64,000 nt of DNA from Armatimonadota bacterium (GTDB lineage: Bacteria; Armatimonadota; SYMT01), in the NCBI GenBank assembly GCA_046292385.1, contig JBKBRF010000006.1, forward strand, positions 128,001 to 192,000, written 5' to 3'. The notes beneath the pieces were generated by a model. The model worked only from the letters and a program-made list of their open reading frames with translations, made no database searches and had not been told where the DNA came from. The translations under genes and the position numbers were made by a program. The number at the start of each line of letters is the position of its first letter. The first letter of the stretch is position 1. Below, in pieces: positions 1 to 9,646 of this stretch.

Positions 1-65
1 GGGAGCGTGCCTGCAGACGCCGGCCCGGGCGAGGTAGACTGCTACTGTCTCCCGGAGGGCCTTAC

Positions 66-2636
66 TTGTCTCAGATCGTCGCGCGCTTCCCGCTTTTCCT
101 GATCGTTCTGCTCCTCATCACCGTCTGGTCCGCGCGACCGGGCCATGCAGTAGACCCTCCCGCCCCGCAGGGGGAGGCCAACGCGGCGGAGGTCCGGGCC
201 GGAGCCCGGGGGCTCTTCGTGCTGGTAGGGAGCATCGGGGCGCAGTCGGCGCGCGAGAGGGCGCAGGACGCGAACGAGCGGATCGCGCAGATCCTGAGCG
301 ACCCCGCGCTCGATCCGCAGCAGATCCAGGCGACCACGCTCCCGGACGGCAGCCCCGGCGTGGCGCTCGGCTCCATGCCGATCGTGGAGGTCACCTACGC
401 CGACGCCCAATCCGCGGGAGAGCCGCCGGAGCGCGTGGCGGAGGAATGGGCGCAGATCCTGCGCTCCAACGTGACCCAGCTCCAGCCGCTCTTCGTGCGG
501 GAGCGCGCGACGGTCAGCGTCAAGACCCTGAGCGAGCACCACGTCCTGCTCCTGATCCTGCAGGTGGCGATGCTGCTGGCGGTGGCGCGCATCTGCGGAG
601 AGATCGCCCTGCGCCTGGGGCAGCCGCCCGTGATCGGGCAGCTCGCGGCGGGGATCCTGCTCGGCCACTCCGTGCTCGGCGCGCTGCTGCCGGAGCTGAA
701 GGCGCTCGTCTTTCCGGTCGAGGCGACCCAGTCGTACCTGCTGGAAGTCGTCTCCTGGATCGGGGTGCTCTTTCTCCTGATGCTCACCGGCCTGGAGACC
801 GACATCGCGCTGATCCGGCAGCAGGGCCGCCCGGCCCTCTACACCTCCATCACCGGCATCCTGCTCCCGTTCCTGCTCGGCGCCGGGGTAGGCTACCTGC
901 TCCCGGACTCGCTCCTCACCACGCCTGAGTCGCGGCTGGTCCTGGCGCTCTTCCTGGGAACGGTGCTCTCGGTCTCCTCCGTGCCGGTCATCGCCAAGAT
1001 CCTGCTCGACATGCGGCTGCTCCGGCGCAACGTTGGGCAGTTGATCCTGGCCGCCGCCCTGGCGCACGATACGGTCGGCTGGATCATCCTGGCGGTCGTC
1101 GCCAGCCTCGCCGCGAGCGGGCGCGTCGAGCTGCTGGCGATCGGGAAGACGGTCCTCGGCACGGTGTTGTTCGGCCTCTTCTCCGCCACGCTCGGCCGCG
1201 TGCTGGTGCGGCGCTCGATGCGCTGGGTGAACGACCACATGCGGACCGAGTACGCGCTGCTCTCCGCGGTGGTCGTGCTCATGATGCTCAGCGCCGCCGT
1301 CACCCAGTTCATCGGGGTGCACGCCGTGCTCGGCGCCTTCGTGGTCGGCATTCTCCTCCGCGAGACGGCCGTGGTGAACGAGCGGGTGCTGCATCCGCTG
1401 GAGACGGTGACCACCGCGATCTTCGCGCCGATCTTCTTCGCCGCCGCCGGGCTGCACGTGAACCTGGGCGTGCTCCTGCAGCCGGCGCTGCTCGGGTTCG
1501 CCGTCCTCATCACCGCAGCGGCGTGCATCGGCAAGATCGTCGGCTGCTTCTTCGGTGCCTGGTGGGGAGGGGCTCCGTTCTGGAACGCGGTGAGCGTGGG
1601 GGTCGGCACCAACGCCCGCGGGGCGATGGGGCTCATCGTCGGCATCCTCGGCTTCTCGCTCGGGATCCTGACGGTCGACACCTTCTCGCTGATCATCGTG
1701 ATGGCGGTAGTGACGACGGCGATCTCGCCGCCGCTGCTGCGGTGGTCGCTGCGGAAGGTGCAGCCCGACCCGGCGGAGGAAGCGCGGCTCCAGCGGGAGG
1801 CACTGCGGGAGCGGAGCTTCCTGGGACGGATCCAGCGCGTGCTGCTCCCCACGCGCGGCGGCGACGATGCCCAGCTCGCGACGGTGCTGGTCAACTCGAT
1901 CGCGGAGCAGCAGCCGGTAGAGGTGACCAGCCTCTACGTACAGGCGAGTCCGAGCGACAACGATACCGCGGCGCATCGCTCGATCAAGGCGCGTCTGAAG
2001 GCGGAGCAGGCCTCGTTCGATTCCACTACGCTCCCTCCGGCGCCGCCCGCCGAGGCGATCGTCCAACAGGTTCGGCGGGGCTACGACCTGCTCGCGATGG
2101 GCTGCGGCCTGGACGCCGGCACCGACGGAGTGGTGTTCGGGCGGCTGGTCGACGAGGTGGCAGCCCAGGCGGCGGTCCCGCTGCTGGTAGTGCGGGCGCC
2201 GCGCGGCGAGCAGCTCCACTGGATCCGCCGCATCCTGGTGCCGACCTCCAGCGGCGCCACCGCCGTGCAGGCCGCGGAGCTGGCGGTGGCGGTGGCGCGT
2301 CACACCGGCGCGGAGGTGATCGCGCTGCACGTCTACGAGATGACCGGCGGCTCGCTCTTCTGGACCACCGACTACGAAGAGCGCGCGCGGGAGGCCGGCC
2401 AGGACGTGGTGGAGCAGGTCCGCAGTCTGGGCGACGCCAGCGAGGTGCGGGTCGACACGCTGATGGTGCAGGGGGAGCGGGCGGGGCCGGAGATCGCCCG
2501 GGTGGCGCGGGAGCGAGAGGTTGACCTGATCATCCTCGGCGGCAGCATCCGCCCCTCGCGCCGGCTCTTCCTCGGCCCCACGATCGGGACCGTGCTCCGG
2601 GAGACCGACTGCGCGGTCGCCGTGCTCAGCGCCTAG
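66..2636 (+). CDS. Cation:proton antiporter (CPA2/Kef-type) with N-terminal soluble domain and two C-terminal universal stress protein (USP) domains
   Basis: Signal-like N-terminus; multi-TM core with LGQPPVIGQLAAGILLG, GLETD and HAVLGAFVVG; two USP-like domains (RVLLPTRGG; RRILVPTS...DLIILGG...FLGPT). TTG start uncertain. Confidence 0.85.
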   Translation: MSQIVARFPLFLIVLLLITVWSARPGHAVDPPAPQGEANAAEVRAGARGLFVLVGSIGAQSARERAQDANERIAQILSDPALDPQQIQATTLPDGSPGVALGSMPIVEVTYADAQSAGEPPERVAEEWAQILRSNVTQLQPLFVRERATVSVKTLSEHHVLLLILQVAMLLAVARICGEIALRLGQPPVIGQLAAGILLGHSVLGALLPELKALVFPVEATQSYLLEVVSWIGVLFLLMLTGLETDIALIRQQGRPALYTSITGILLPFLLGAGVGYLLPDSLLTTPESRLVLALFLGTVLSVSSVPVIAKILLDMRLLRRNVGQLILAAALAHDTVGWIILAVVASLAASGRVELLAIGKTVLGTVLFGLFSATLGRVLVRRSMRWVNDHMRTEYALLSAVVVLMMLSAAVTQFIGVHAVLGAFVVGILLRETAVVNERVLHPLETVTTAIFAPIFFAAAGLHVNLGVLLQPALLGFAVLITAAACIGKIVGCFFGAWWGGAPFWNAVSVGVGTNARGAMGLIVGILGFSLGILTVDTFSLIIVMAVVTTAISPPLLRWSLRKVQPDPAEEARLQREALRERSFLGRIQRVLLPTRGGDDAQLATVLVNSIAEQQPVEVTSLYVQASPSDNDTAAHRSIKARLKAEQASFDSTTLPPAPPAEAIVQQVRRGYDLLAMGCGLDAGTDGVVFGRLVDEVAAQAAVPLLVVRAPRGEQLHWIRRILVPTSSGATAVQAAELAVAVARHTGAEVIALHVYEMTGGSLFWTTDYEERAREAGQDVVEQVRSLGDASEVRVDTLMVQGERAGPEIARVAREREVDLIILGGSIRPSRRLFLGPTIGTVLRETDCAVAVLSA

Positions 2637-2664
2637 CACGGCGACCGCGGAGCCAGGGCCGCGG

Positions 2665-4131
2665 CTACTCGGCGAGGAGGGTCTTGATCTGCGCCGTCAC
2701 GGCGTCCTCGTCGAAGCCGGACTGCAGGTACCGGAGCACGCCCTTCTTATCGATGAGGGCGATCGTCGGGAAGGCCGAAACCTCGTAGGTGGCCGAGAGC
2801 TTGCCGTCGACGTCCATCAGGGTGGGGTAGGTGACGCCGTGCTCCTTCACGAACTCGCGCGCCATCTTGTGCGGGTCCTCGCGCTCACCCGAGTTGACGC
2901 CGAAGACGGCCAGGCCCTGTCCCTTGAGCTTCTGCCACAGTTCTTTCTCTACGCGCGGAGCCTCCGCGCGACAGGCGCCTCACCAGCTGGCGAACCAGGT
3001 GAGAAAGATCACCTTACCGAGGTAGTCCTTCGCGTTCACGGAGCCGCCGTCCAGCGTCTTCAGGCTCCAGTCGGGCGCCGGCTTCCCCACGCCGACCCGC
3101 TTCGCCTCCTGCTCCGCCTGCTTCCGCGACAGCTCGGCCATAGAGAGCTCAGTCCCCGTGTAGACATACTCGACCGGCGGATCGACGCGCTGGTCCACCA
3201 CGGGAGTTCCGGCCGGGATACGGAGGGCGAACTCGCTCGAGGCGGGCTTGACGTTCACCTCGCTCTTCTGCACGGCCAGCCGGGTCTCGGCGGCGGCGTT
3301 GATGCTGCCGCGGATGTAGAGGAACTCTTCCACCAGCTTCGGGACGAGCGAGTCCCCTCCGTAGGTGAGCTGAACCTCGAAGACGCGCGTGGCGGGGCCC
3401 TGCGGCGTGGAGCCTTCTTCCTGGCGCTCGATCTTGCGGACCCGGAGCGGATTGCCCCCGACCGTGGCGGCCACCCTGGAGCTGCCCATGGTGCCGGTGA
3501 GGACGGTGCCCTCGCTGGTCTCCTCGGCGCCCGTCCAGACCGTCTCGCGGAAGTAGTCGCTGGCTCGCCCGAGCGTGAGCTGTAGGGCCGGGTCCGGGAC
3601 CGGCATGTCCCCGATCACCGCGACCCGCTCCTTGCCTTCCTCGTTGAGGAACCGGGGCAGCTTGCCGTCGGTCACCCCCGTGCCCTTGCGGCGGACCTTC
3701 CCGTCCGGCGCCAGCTGGGTCGTCTCGCGGAAGAGCCGCTCCCCGTCGTAGACGATCCGCTCCCGGCGCTGCTCCGGCTGGAGCGCCTTCAGCATCACCC
3801 GCGCCGACTCGACCGCCTCCGGAGATCCCGGCGTCCCGCCGGCAGGCGGCAGGCGGGTGGAGCGCTGCTCCACGTCGATCAGGATGCGGCCGGAGGTCAG
3901 CTTCTCCTCGGCCCGCGCCAGACGCTCGTAGATTTCTTTCGCCTTCGGATCGCTGGCCGACGCCGGCGCACCCTGTGTGGCGCCGGCGTCGGCCGCGGCC
4001 GGCGAGGTCTGCCCCGCCGGCGCTTCCGGCCTGGACGCGGTCTTACCCCCGCGGAGCAGCAGCCCCGCGACCGCCATCCCCCCGATTCCCGCCGCGACTC
4101 CGAGCGTCGCGAGCATCAACTGCCTCTTCAT
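2665..4131 (-). CDS. Selenocysteine-containing TlpA/redoxin-domain protein (UxxC), 488 aa, with N-terminal anchor and beta-rich domain
   Basis: ORFs 2980..4131 and 2665..2865 are in frame and joined through TGA at 2980-2982, reading FLTWFASW-U-GACRAEAP...; downstream Trx-fold motifs (VFGVN, YPTLMD, AFPTIALIDKKG). Confidence 0.85.
2952..2970 (-). promoter_or_regulatory. Putative bacterial SECIS hairpin
   Basis: Minus strand: UGA, 9 nt, then CGCGCGGA-GGC-UCCGCGCG; G-containing loop starts 17 nt after the UGA. Confidence 0.65.
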
Positions 4132-5480
4132 CGCTTCTCCTGCGCCGCATCCGGCGCGGCGGGTAGATCTTCAACCATCCGGCGGAGCACGGCGTCCGAT
4201 AGCCCGGTCTGAATCCGCCGGATCGTGCCGGCGCGGTCCACCAGCACCGCCTTGGGGGCGGCCACCGGGCCGGAGAGCCGCTCCAGCAGCCGCGCGTCGC
4301 GGTCCAGCAGCACCGGCGCGCCGACCAGCTTCCGGAGCCGCTCCAGTTCGCCGGGATCGTCGGCGCCGGCGACCGGCGAGAGCGCCACGATCCGGAGCCC
4401 CTGCTTGCGCCCCTCGCGAGAAAGCTTCTTCACCGTGCCGGCAAGCTGCTCCAGCCCCGGCGATTCGGGCAGCAGCCACACCATCAGCAGTGGGCCACCC
4501 AGGTGCGAGGAGGACTGGACGCGGCCGCCGCGGTCGTCCGGCAGCGACCACTCCACCATACGCTCGCCCTCGCCCAGCGTCATCCGCGAGACGTCGAGCG
4601 CGCGGAGCAGCTCATACGCCGCCGGCTCGGCGCCGCGGAGGTCGGTGACCGCCGTGCCCCCCGGCAGCGGCAGCGCCAGGGAGGGGGTGCCGGAAGTGAG
4701 GGGGCGGCGCTCCCGAATCTCGGTGGTCCGGTAGACCACGCTGTTGACCGGCGCCTCGCTGAGCATCCACTCTTCGATCTCGGCGGGGCTCCCTTCCGCG
4801 GCAGGACGATAGGTTAGATCATAGCGCTGCTGGAAGGGGCGTCCGTCGGCGGTGCGGAGCGAGCGGCGGATGCGCCAGCCCCGCAGCTCCGGGCGTCCGT
4901 CTCGCACCAGGCGCAGCTCGTGCTCCTCGCCTTCGCGGGTTCCGGTCAGCACCAGGTTCCGGTCGAGCTCGGTGACGCGGGTCCAGCGGAGACCTTCCAG
5001 CACGGCCGCCGTGCCCCGTCCCAGCAAGGCGTCGCCGGGGGAGGCGGAGCGGGCCGGCGCCACCAGGGCGGAGCGATCGTCCATGCCGTCTTCCGAGAAC
5101 TCCAGCAGCCGCCGCAGCTCGCCGCCGCGGCTCGCGATCCGGGAGCGCATCGGGATCGCGTTCACGCCGGCAGGGAGGATGCGCGCGTCCTTCAACCAGC
5201 CTTCCGGCGCGGCGAGCACGGTGCCCTCGGAGATGAGCGGCAGCTCGCCGGCGACTCGGGCGCGCAGCTCCGCGTCCGACTCCTTCGCCTTCAGCGCGCC
5301 GCGGCGTTCTACACTGCGGAAAGCGATCCGCTCCGGAGCCTGGGACCGCTCCGCCGCGTGCAGCTCCGAGATCCAGCGGGAAGCGGCGGCGCCGTCATCC
5401 TGCGCCCACGCGAGGCGGGGGCCTACACTCGCCAGCCCGGCCAGAACCGCGAGAGCCGCAGCCGCGCACGCGGCGCTCAC
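4128..5480 (-). CDS. Exported protein with C-terminal redoxin-like domain lacking CxxC; paralog-like to the downstream selenoprotein
   Basis: GTG overlaps the larC stop; signal peptide (...LAWA-QDD); C-terminus EWSLPDDRGG...PLLMVW...PVLLD...PKAVLVDRAG. This is the 3' part of the 873-aa ORF. Confidence 0.7.
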   Translation of the reverse strand: MSAACAAAALAVLAGLASVGPRLAWAQDDGAAASRWISELHAAERSQAPERIAFRSVERRGALKAKESDAELRARVAGELPLISEGTVLAAPEGWLKDARILPAGVNAIPMRSRIASRGGELRRLLEFSEDGMDDRSALVAPARSASPGDALLGRGTAAVLEGLRWTRVTELDRNLVLTGTREGEEHELRLVRDGRPELRGWRIRRSLRTADGRPFQQRYDLTYRPAAEGSPAEIEEWMLSEAPVNSVVYRTTEIRERRPLTSGTPSLALPLPGGTAVTDLRGAEPAAYELLRALDVSRMTLGEGERMVEWSLPDDRGGRVQSSSHLGGPLLMVWLLPESPGLEQLAGTVKKLSREGRKQGLRIVALSPVAGADDPGELERLRKLVGAPVLLDRDARLLERLSGPVAAPKAVLVDRAGTIRRIQTGLSDAVLRRMVEDLPAAPDAAQEKR

Positions 5481-6874
5481 GCGGCGCCGCCGAACAGGCG
5501 CTGCCACGCCGCGGCCGCGGCCGCCGCATGCACCAGTTTCACCGCTACCCCCGCCTCTTCGGCTCGTTTCCGGCAATCTTCGTACTCCGGATGGGCGTTG
5601 CGCACCGCGCCACGCTCCTTGCCGACCTTTACGCGCACGGAGCCGAACGCGGTTTCTACCTCGACCCACTCCCGCTCCAGGCATTCCCGCTGCCACTCGC
5701 TGCGCCGTACCCCCAGCGTGGAGGTCTCCCGAAACAGCACCTGGGTAACCGATTCTACCCGGTCCGGCGGCGCGAGTACGCTGAGCAGGTGGGCGGGACG
5801 CCCCTTCTTCATCACGATCGGCGTGATCCAGGCATCGATCGCACCGGCCTGAAAGAGCGACTGCAGCGCGCCCTCGAAGAGCTGGGGAGACTGATCGTCG
5901 ATGTTCGTCTCCAGCAGCGTGACCGCCAGCGCCTCCCGGGGGGCCGACTCGGTTTCCCCCACCAGCACCCGCAGCAGGTTCGGGAACGGGAAGTCCTTGG
6001 TCCCCGCGCCGTATCCCACTTCGCGGATCGTAAACGCGGGGAGCGGCCCGAACTCGTCGGCCAGCGCCGCGGCCAGCGCCGCGCCGGTAGGAGTCACCAG
6101 CTCCGCCTGGATATCGACCGCCCGCAGCGGGCATCCTTTCAGCAGCTCCGCCGTGGCGGGCGGTGGAATCGGCATCTGCCCGTGCGCGCAGCGGACGAAG
6201 CCGTGCCCGTTCGGAAGGGGGGAGCAGACGACGCGCTCCACTCCGAGCAAGTGCAGGGCGTAAATGGCGCCGACGACGTCGACGATGCTGTCGACCGCGC
6301 CGACTTCGTGGAAGTGGACCGTCTCCAGCGTGCTGCCGTGGACCTTCGCCTCCGCCTCCGCCAGTCGCCGGTAGACCGCTTCCGCGCGCTCCTTCACCGC
6401 CGCCGGCAGGCCGCTCTCCCGGATCAGCCGCGCCACGTCGCCGAAGGTGCGGGTAACGTCCTCTCCGGCCGCCCCGCCGTGGGAATGCCCGTGGTGGCGG
6501 TGCGAGTGGGTGTGGGCGTGCGCGGCGGCGTGCTCGTGCGTGTGCTCGTGAGCGTGAGAATGCTCGTGCGTGTGAGCGTGCGCGTGCCCCACGGTGTGCG
6601 TGTGCCCGGCAGCCGGGGCCGAGAGTGGGGCGTCGGACGGCGGCACGCGCATCAGCGGCGCGTCGCCCGCCGCTTCCCCGCGCACGAGCACCTCCACGTG
6701 CGTCGCCGCGATCCCGGACTTGCTGACCCGGCTGATCTCCAGCTCCCACGGCGGCAGCGCCAGCGTCCGCAAGCCGGCGACCAGCGCCTCGGCATCGGCC
6801 CCGGCGTCGAGCAACGCGCCGAGGGTCATGTCGCCGCTGATCCCGCCCACGCAGTCAAAATAGGCAGTCGTCAT
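5477..6874 (-). CDS. larC: Nickel pincer cofactor biosynthesis protein LarC
   Basis: YFDCVGGISGDM, His-rich tract, VHFHEVGAVDSIVD, ELVTPTGAA, ETNIDD, ETSTLGVR, PEYEDC. Confidence 0.95.
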   Translation of the reverse strand: MTTAYFDCVGGISGDMTLGALLDAGADAEALVAGLRTLALPPWELEISRVSKSGIAATHVEVLVRGEAAGDAPLMRVPPSDAPLSAPAAGHTHTVGHAHAHTHEHSHAHEHTHEHAAAHAHTHSHRHHGHSHGGAAGEDVTRTFGDVARLIRESGLPAAVKERAEAVYRRLAEAEAKVHGSTLETVHFHEVGAVDSIVDVVGAIYALHLLGVERVVCSPLPNGHGFVRCAHGQMPIPPPATAELLKGCPLRAVDIQAELVTPTGAALAAALADEFGPLPAFTIREVGYGAGTKDFPFPNLLRVLVGETESAPREALAVTLLETNIDDQSPQLFEGALQSLFQAGAIDAWITPIVMKKGRPAHLLSVLAPPDRVESVTQVLFRETSTLGVRRSEWQRECLEREWVEVETAFGSVRVKVGKERGAVRNAHPEYEDCRKRAEEAGVAVKLVHAAAAAAAWQRLFGGAA

Positions 6875-7305
6875 AACGACCAGTCCTTCAGCAACACCAC
6901 CTCATCTTGAGATGGTCCGAAGACGTTCACGAGCCGTTCGTCGGCGGTGACGAGGGTCCCGCCCAGCCGCTGAGCCAGCGCGATGAAAAGAGCGTCGTAC
7001 ACGGAAATCTGGTGGGTCAACGCGAGGGGAACCGCGTCGTCCAAAAGCTCACGGTTTGCGACGGAGGGAATGGACAGCGCGGAGAAGGCGGCGACTGCCG
7101 CCAGCGCGTCTGCGGCAGATAATCCGTGGAACCGAGACCGCTTCCAGAGAATGTTACCGACTTCGGCAAAGGCGAGATCTGGAACCGTGAGCTCGAGCTC
7201 GCCGCGAGTATAAGCTTCCAGAAGCTCTCGGGCTTGCTGTGAGTCCGGCTCCGGCAGGACCCACTTCACCGCGACACTGCTGTCTGGGATCACCTGGGGC
7301 GTCAT
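6871..7305 (-). CDS. vapC: PIN-domain VapC toxin
   Basis: DSSVAVKW, EVGNILWK, YDALFIALA, LVTAD; start and stop overlap neighbours. Confidence 0.9.
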   Translation of the reverse strand: MTPQVIPDSSVAVKWVLPEPDSQQARELLEAYTRGELELTVPDLAFAEVGNILWKRSRFHGLSAADALAAVAAFSALSIPSVANRELLDDAVPLALTHQISVYDALFIALAQRLGGTLVTADERLVNVFGPSQDEVVLLKDWSL

Positions 7306-7541
7306 CGGACGCGATCTTCGCGGAGGCTGGTGACACTATCCGGGAACTCACCGTAGGTGTTCCGGATCTCCTCACGCACCCGATCAAGGCGTTCCACGGC
7401 TTCGAACCGTTCTTCCAGAGCCTGGTCGCGCGCCTGCCACTGGGCCAGAAGCTCTTCGACACTCGCTAACCCGCGACGGCGAGCCGCCAGTTCTAGACGC
7501 TGAAAAAGCTCATCGGAGATGGTCACGCTCTGGCTCATCAT
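7302..7541 (-). CDS. Putative antitoxin (79 aa)
   Basis: MMSQSVTISDELFQRLELAARRRG... (RHH-like N-terminus), ends LREDR; GAGGA RBS; overlaps vapC start. Confidence 0.75.
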   Translation of the reverse strand: MMSQSVTISDELFQRLELAARRRGLASVEELLAQWQARDQALEERFEAVERLDRVREEIRNTYGEFPDSVTSLREDRVR

Positions 7542-7567
7542 CGTCCTCGAAAACCGAATCGCATCGC

Positions 7568-8356
7568 CTACCCAGAGGATTCTACCGTGCTCCCTGCTTC
7601 CGGAACGCCGATCTGGTTCACCAGGTGGGCGAAGTAGCCGGCGCCGAAGCCGTTGTCGATGTTCACCACCGTCACGCCGGTGGCGCAGGAGTTGAGCATC
7701 CCCAGCAGGGCGGCGAGGCCCTGGAAGGCAGCGCCGTAGCCGACGCTGGTGGGGACGGCGATGACCGGCTGCTCCACCAGGCCGCCGACGACGCTCGGCA
7801 GGGCGCCTTCCATGCCGGCGACGACGATGATTACGCGGGCGCGGTCGAGCGTCTCCCGGGCACTCAGCAGGCGGTGCAGGCCCGCCACCCCGCAGTCGTA
7901 GAGGCGCTCCACCCGACTGCCGAGCGCGGCGGCAGTCACCGCGGCTTCTTCCGCGACCGGCAGGTCCGAGGTGCCGGCGCTGATCACCAGGACGTACGGC
8001 GTCTCCTCGGAGTGCTCCGGCTGCGGCTCGTTGCGGATCTCCAGCACGCGGGCGAGGTCGTGCGAGACCGTCTCCGGAAAGCGCTGCAGCACCGCTTCCC
8101 GCTGCTCCGGCGTGACGCGGGTCGCCAGTACGAAGGCGTGGCGCGCCCGCAGCGCCTCCACGATCGCCACCACCTGGTCCACCGTCTTGCCGGCACAGTA
8201 GACCACCTCCGGCACGCCGGTGCGAAAGCGCCGGTGGGTATCGACCCGCGCAAAGCCGAGGTCTTCGAAGGGTGCCCACTTGAGCGCGGTCAGCGCCTCG
8301 TCCACGCTCACCGAGCCGTCGCGGACGGCGTCCAGCACCTCACGGACTCGTTCCAA
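7568..8356 (-). CDS. larB: Nickel pincer cofactor biosynthesis protein LarB
   Basis: SAGTSDLPVAEEA, DCGVAGLHRL, VAGMEGALPSVVGG, PTSVGYG, VVNIDNGFGA. Confidence 0.95.
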   Translation of the reverse strand: MERVREVLDAVRDGSVSVDEALTALKWAPFEDLGFARVDTHRRFRTGVPEVVYCAGKTVDQVVAIVEALRARHAFVLATRVTPEQREAVLQRFPETVSHDLARVLEIRNEPQPEHSEETPYVLVISAGTSDLPVAEEAAVTAAALGSRVERLYDCGVAGLHRLLSARETLDRARVIIVVAGMEGALPSVVGGLVEQPVIAVPTSVGYGAAFQGLAALLGMLNSCATGVTVVNIDNGFGAGYFAHLVNQIGVPEAGSTVESSG

Positions 8357-8360
8357 ACGG

Positions 8361-9434
8361 TCAGTCTCCTCCGAGCCGGACCGGCTTGCCGGTCCGCCCG
8401 CTCTCGTAGACGGCGGTAAAGATCTCGACGGTGTGGCGGGTGGTCTCGATGCTGTTCGGCGGCTCCGCGCCGGTCGCCATCGCCTCGGCGAACTCCTCGA
8501 ACTGCATCAGGTGCCCCCGGGTGGCAAAGGCGAACGGATCCGAGGCGGTGGTGACGCTCCGGTCACCCTTCTTTCCGAACCGCGCGAGCATCTGCTCCTC
8601 TTCCTGCTGCTCCGCATCCGGCGTCTCGCCCAGCGCCCGCCAGCGCACCAGCTCGTCATCGGTCACCACGGCGCTGCCCTTGCTGCCGTGGATCATGATG
8701 GTGCGGTCGAGGCCCGGATAGGCCGCGGTGGTGGTGGTGAGGGTGCCGATCGCTCCGTTCTTGAACGTGAGCACGGCGGCGGTCTTGTCTTCCGACTCGA
8801 TGTCGTGCGCGTAGCAGCCGAACTTGCCGTAGACCTCCACCACCGGTCCCGCCAGCCACTGGAGCAGGTCGAGTGTGTGGATTCCCTGGTTCGCCAGCGA
8901 CCCGCCGCCGTCCAGCTTCCAGGTGCCCTTCCACATCCCTGGGCAAACGTAGTAGCTGGGCGCGCGCCACCAGTTGGTCGCGCCGTGCACCCCGGCGATC
9001 GTGCCGAAGCGGCCCGACTGCAGCGCCTGCCGCCACTCGCGGTAGAGAGGCTCGAAGCGGGCCTGGAAGATCACCATGAGCTGCTTCCCGCTCTCGCGCT
9101 TGGCGGCGATCATGGCATCGACCGCAGCCACAGTCACGTCCGGCGGCTTCTCGCAGATCACGTGCTTGCCGGCCTGCAGCGCCTTTATCGAAAGCTCCGC
9201 GTGCGTGCCGGAGGGCGTGCAGACGTTGACGACGTCGATCTCCGGGTCCCGGAGGAGGTCGTCGAAGTCGGTAGTGGCGCGGACCCCGTACTGCTCGCGG
9301 GCCGTCTGCAGGCGCTCGGGAGAGCGGTCGCACACCGCCACCAGCTCGCAGCCGCGCGCGTCCTGCAGGTCCTTGCCGTGCTGCATCCCCATTCCGAGGC
9401 CCAGCACTGCGAAGCGGAACGGTCTTTCACTCAT
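8361..9434 (-). CDS. Gfo/Idh/MocA family oxidoreductase
   Basis: GLGMG, AGKHVICEKP, GGGSLANQGIHTLD. Confidence 0.9.
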   Translation of the reverse strand: MSERPFRFAVLGLGMGMQHGKDLQDARGCELVAVCDRSPERLQTAREQYGVRATTDFDDLLRDPEIDVVNVCTPSGTHAELSIKALQAGKHVICEKPPDVTVAAVDAMIAAKRESGKQLMVIFQARFEPLYREWRQALQSGRFGTIAGVHGATNWWRAPSYYVCPGMWKGTWKLDGGGSLANQGIHTLDLLQWLAGPVVEVYGKFGCYAHDIESEDKTAAVLTFKNGAIGTLTTTTAAYPGLDRTIMIHGSKGSAVVTDDELVRWRALGETPDAEQQEEEQMLARFGKKGDRSVTTASDPFAFATRGHLMQFEEFAEAMATGAEPPNSIETTRHTVEIFTAVYESGRTGKPVRLGGD

Positions 9435-9492
9435 CGTTCTTTACTTGAGCCGAGCACTCTCTGCGCTGCCGAGGAGTGGCAGCCTCTCACGC

Positions 9493-9586
9493 GGCCTCAC
9501 CCCCGGCCCCTCTCCTGAGAGGAGAGGGGAGCTATGGGTGGAAAGCCTGCCTGCCCCCCCAACGGGGAAGGACCGGGGGTGAGGCC
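9493..9586. repeat. REP-like inverted repeat
   Basis: ggcctcacccccgg (9493-9506) / ccgggggtgaggcc (9573-9586); inner hairpin cccctctcc-tgaga-ggagagggg. Confidence 0.75.
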
Positions 9587-9646
9587 CCGTGAGAACGCCT
9601 TACTCTCGGACCAGCCTTTGACCTTCGTAGGTTTTCTACGCCGGTG

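Noticed and set aside
42..2639. 865-aa minus-strand ORF and many similar long antisense or alternate-frame ORFs (e.g. 9644..11989, 40717..43614, 44332..47562, 62585..63988)
   Set aside because: Shadows of real genes in high-GC DNA; Arg/Pro/Gly-rich with no family motifs.
2665..2982. Reading the redoxin as a nonsense pseudogene or two genes
   Set aside because: The TGA falls at the catalytic Cys position and is followed by a SECIS-like hairpin; Sec recoding is the better explanation.
5481..6749. N-terminal extension of the 873-aa ORF
   Set aside because: Overlaps larC in another frame; the signal peptide starts at GTG 5480.
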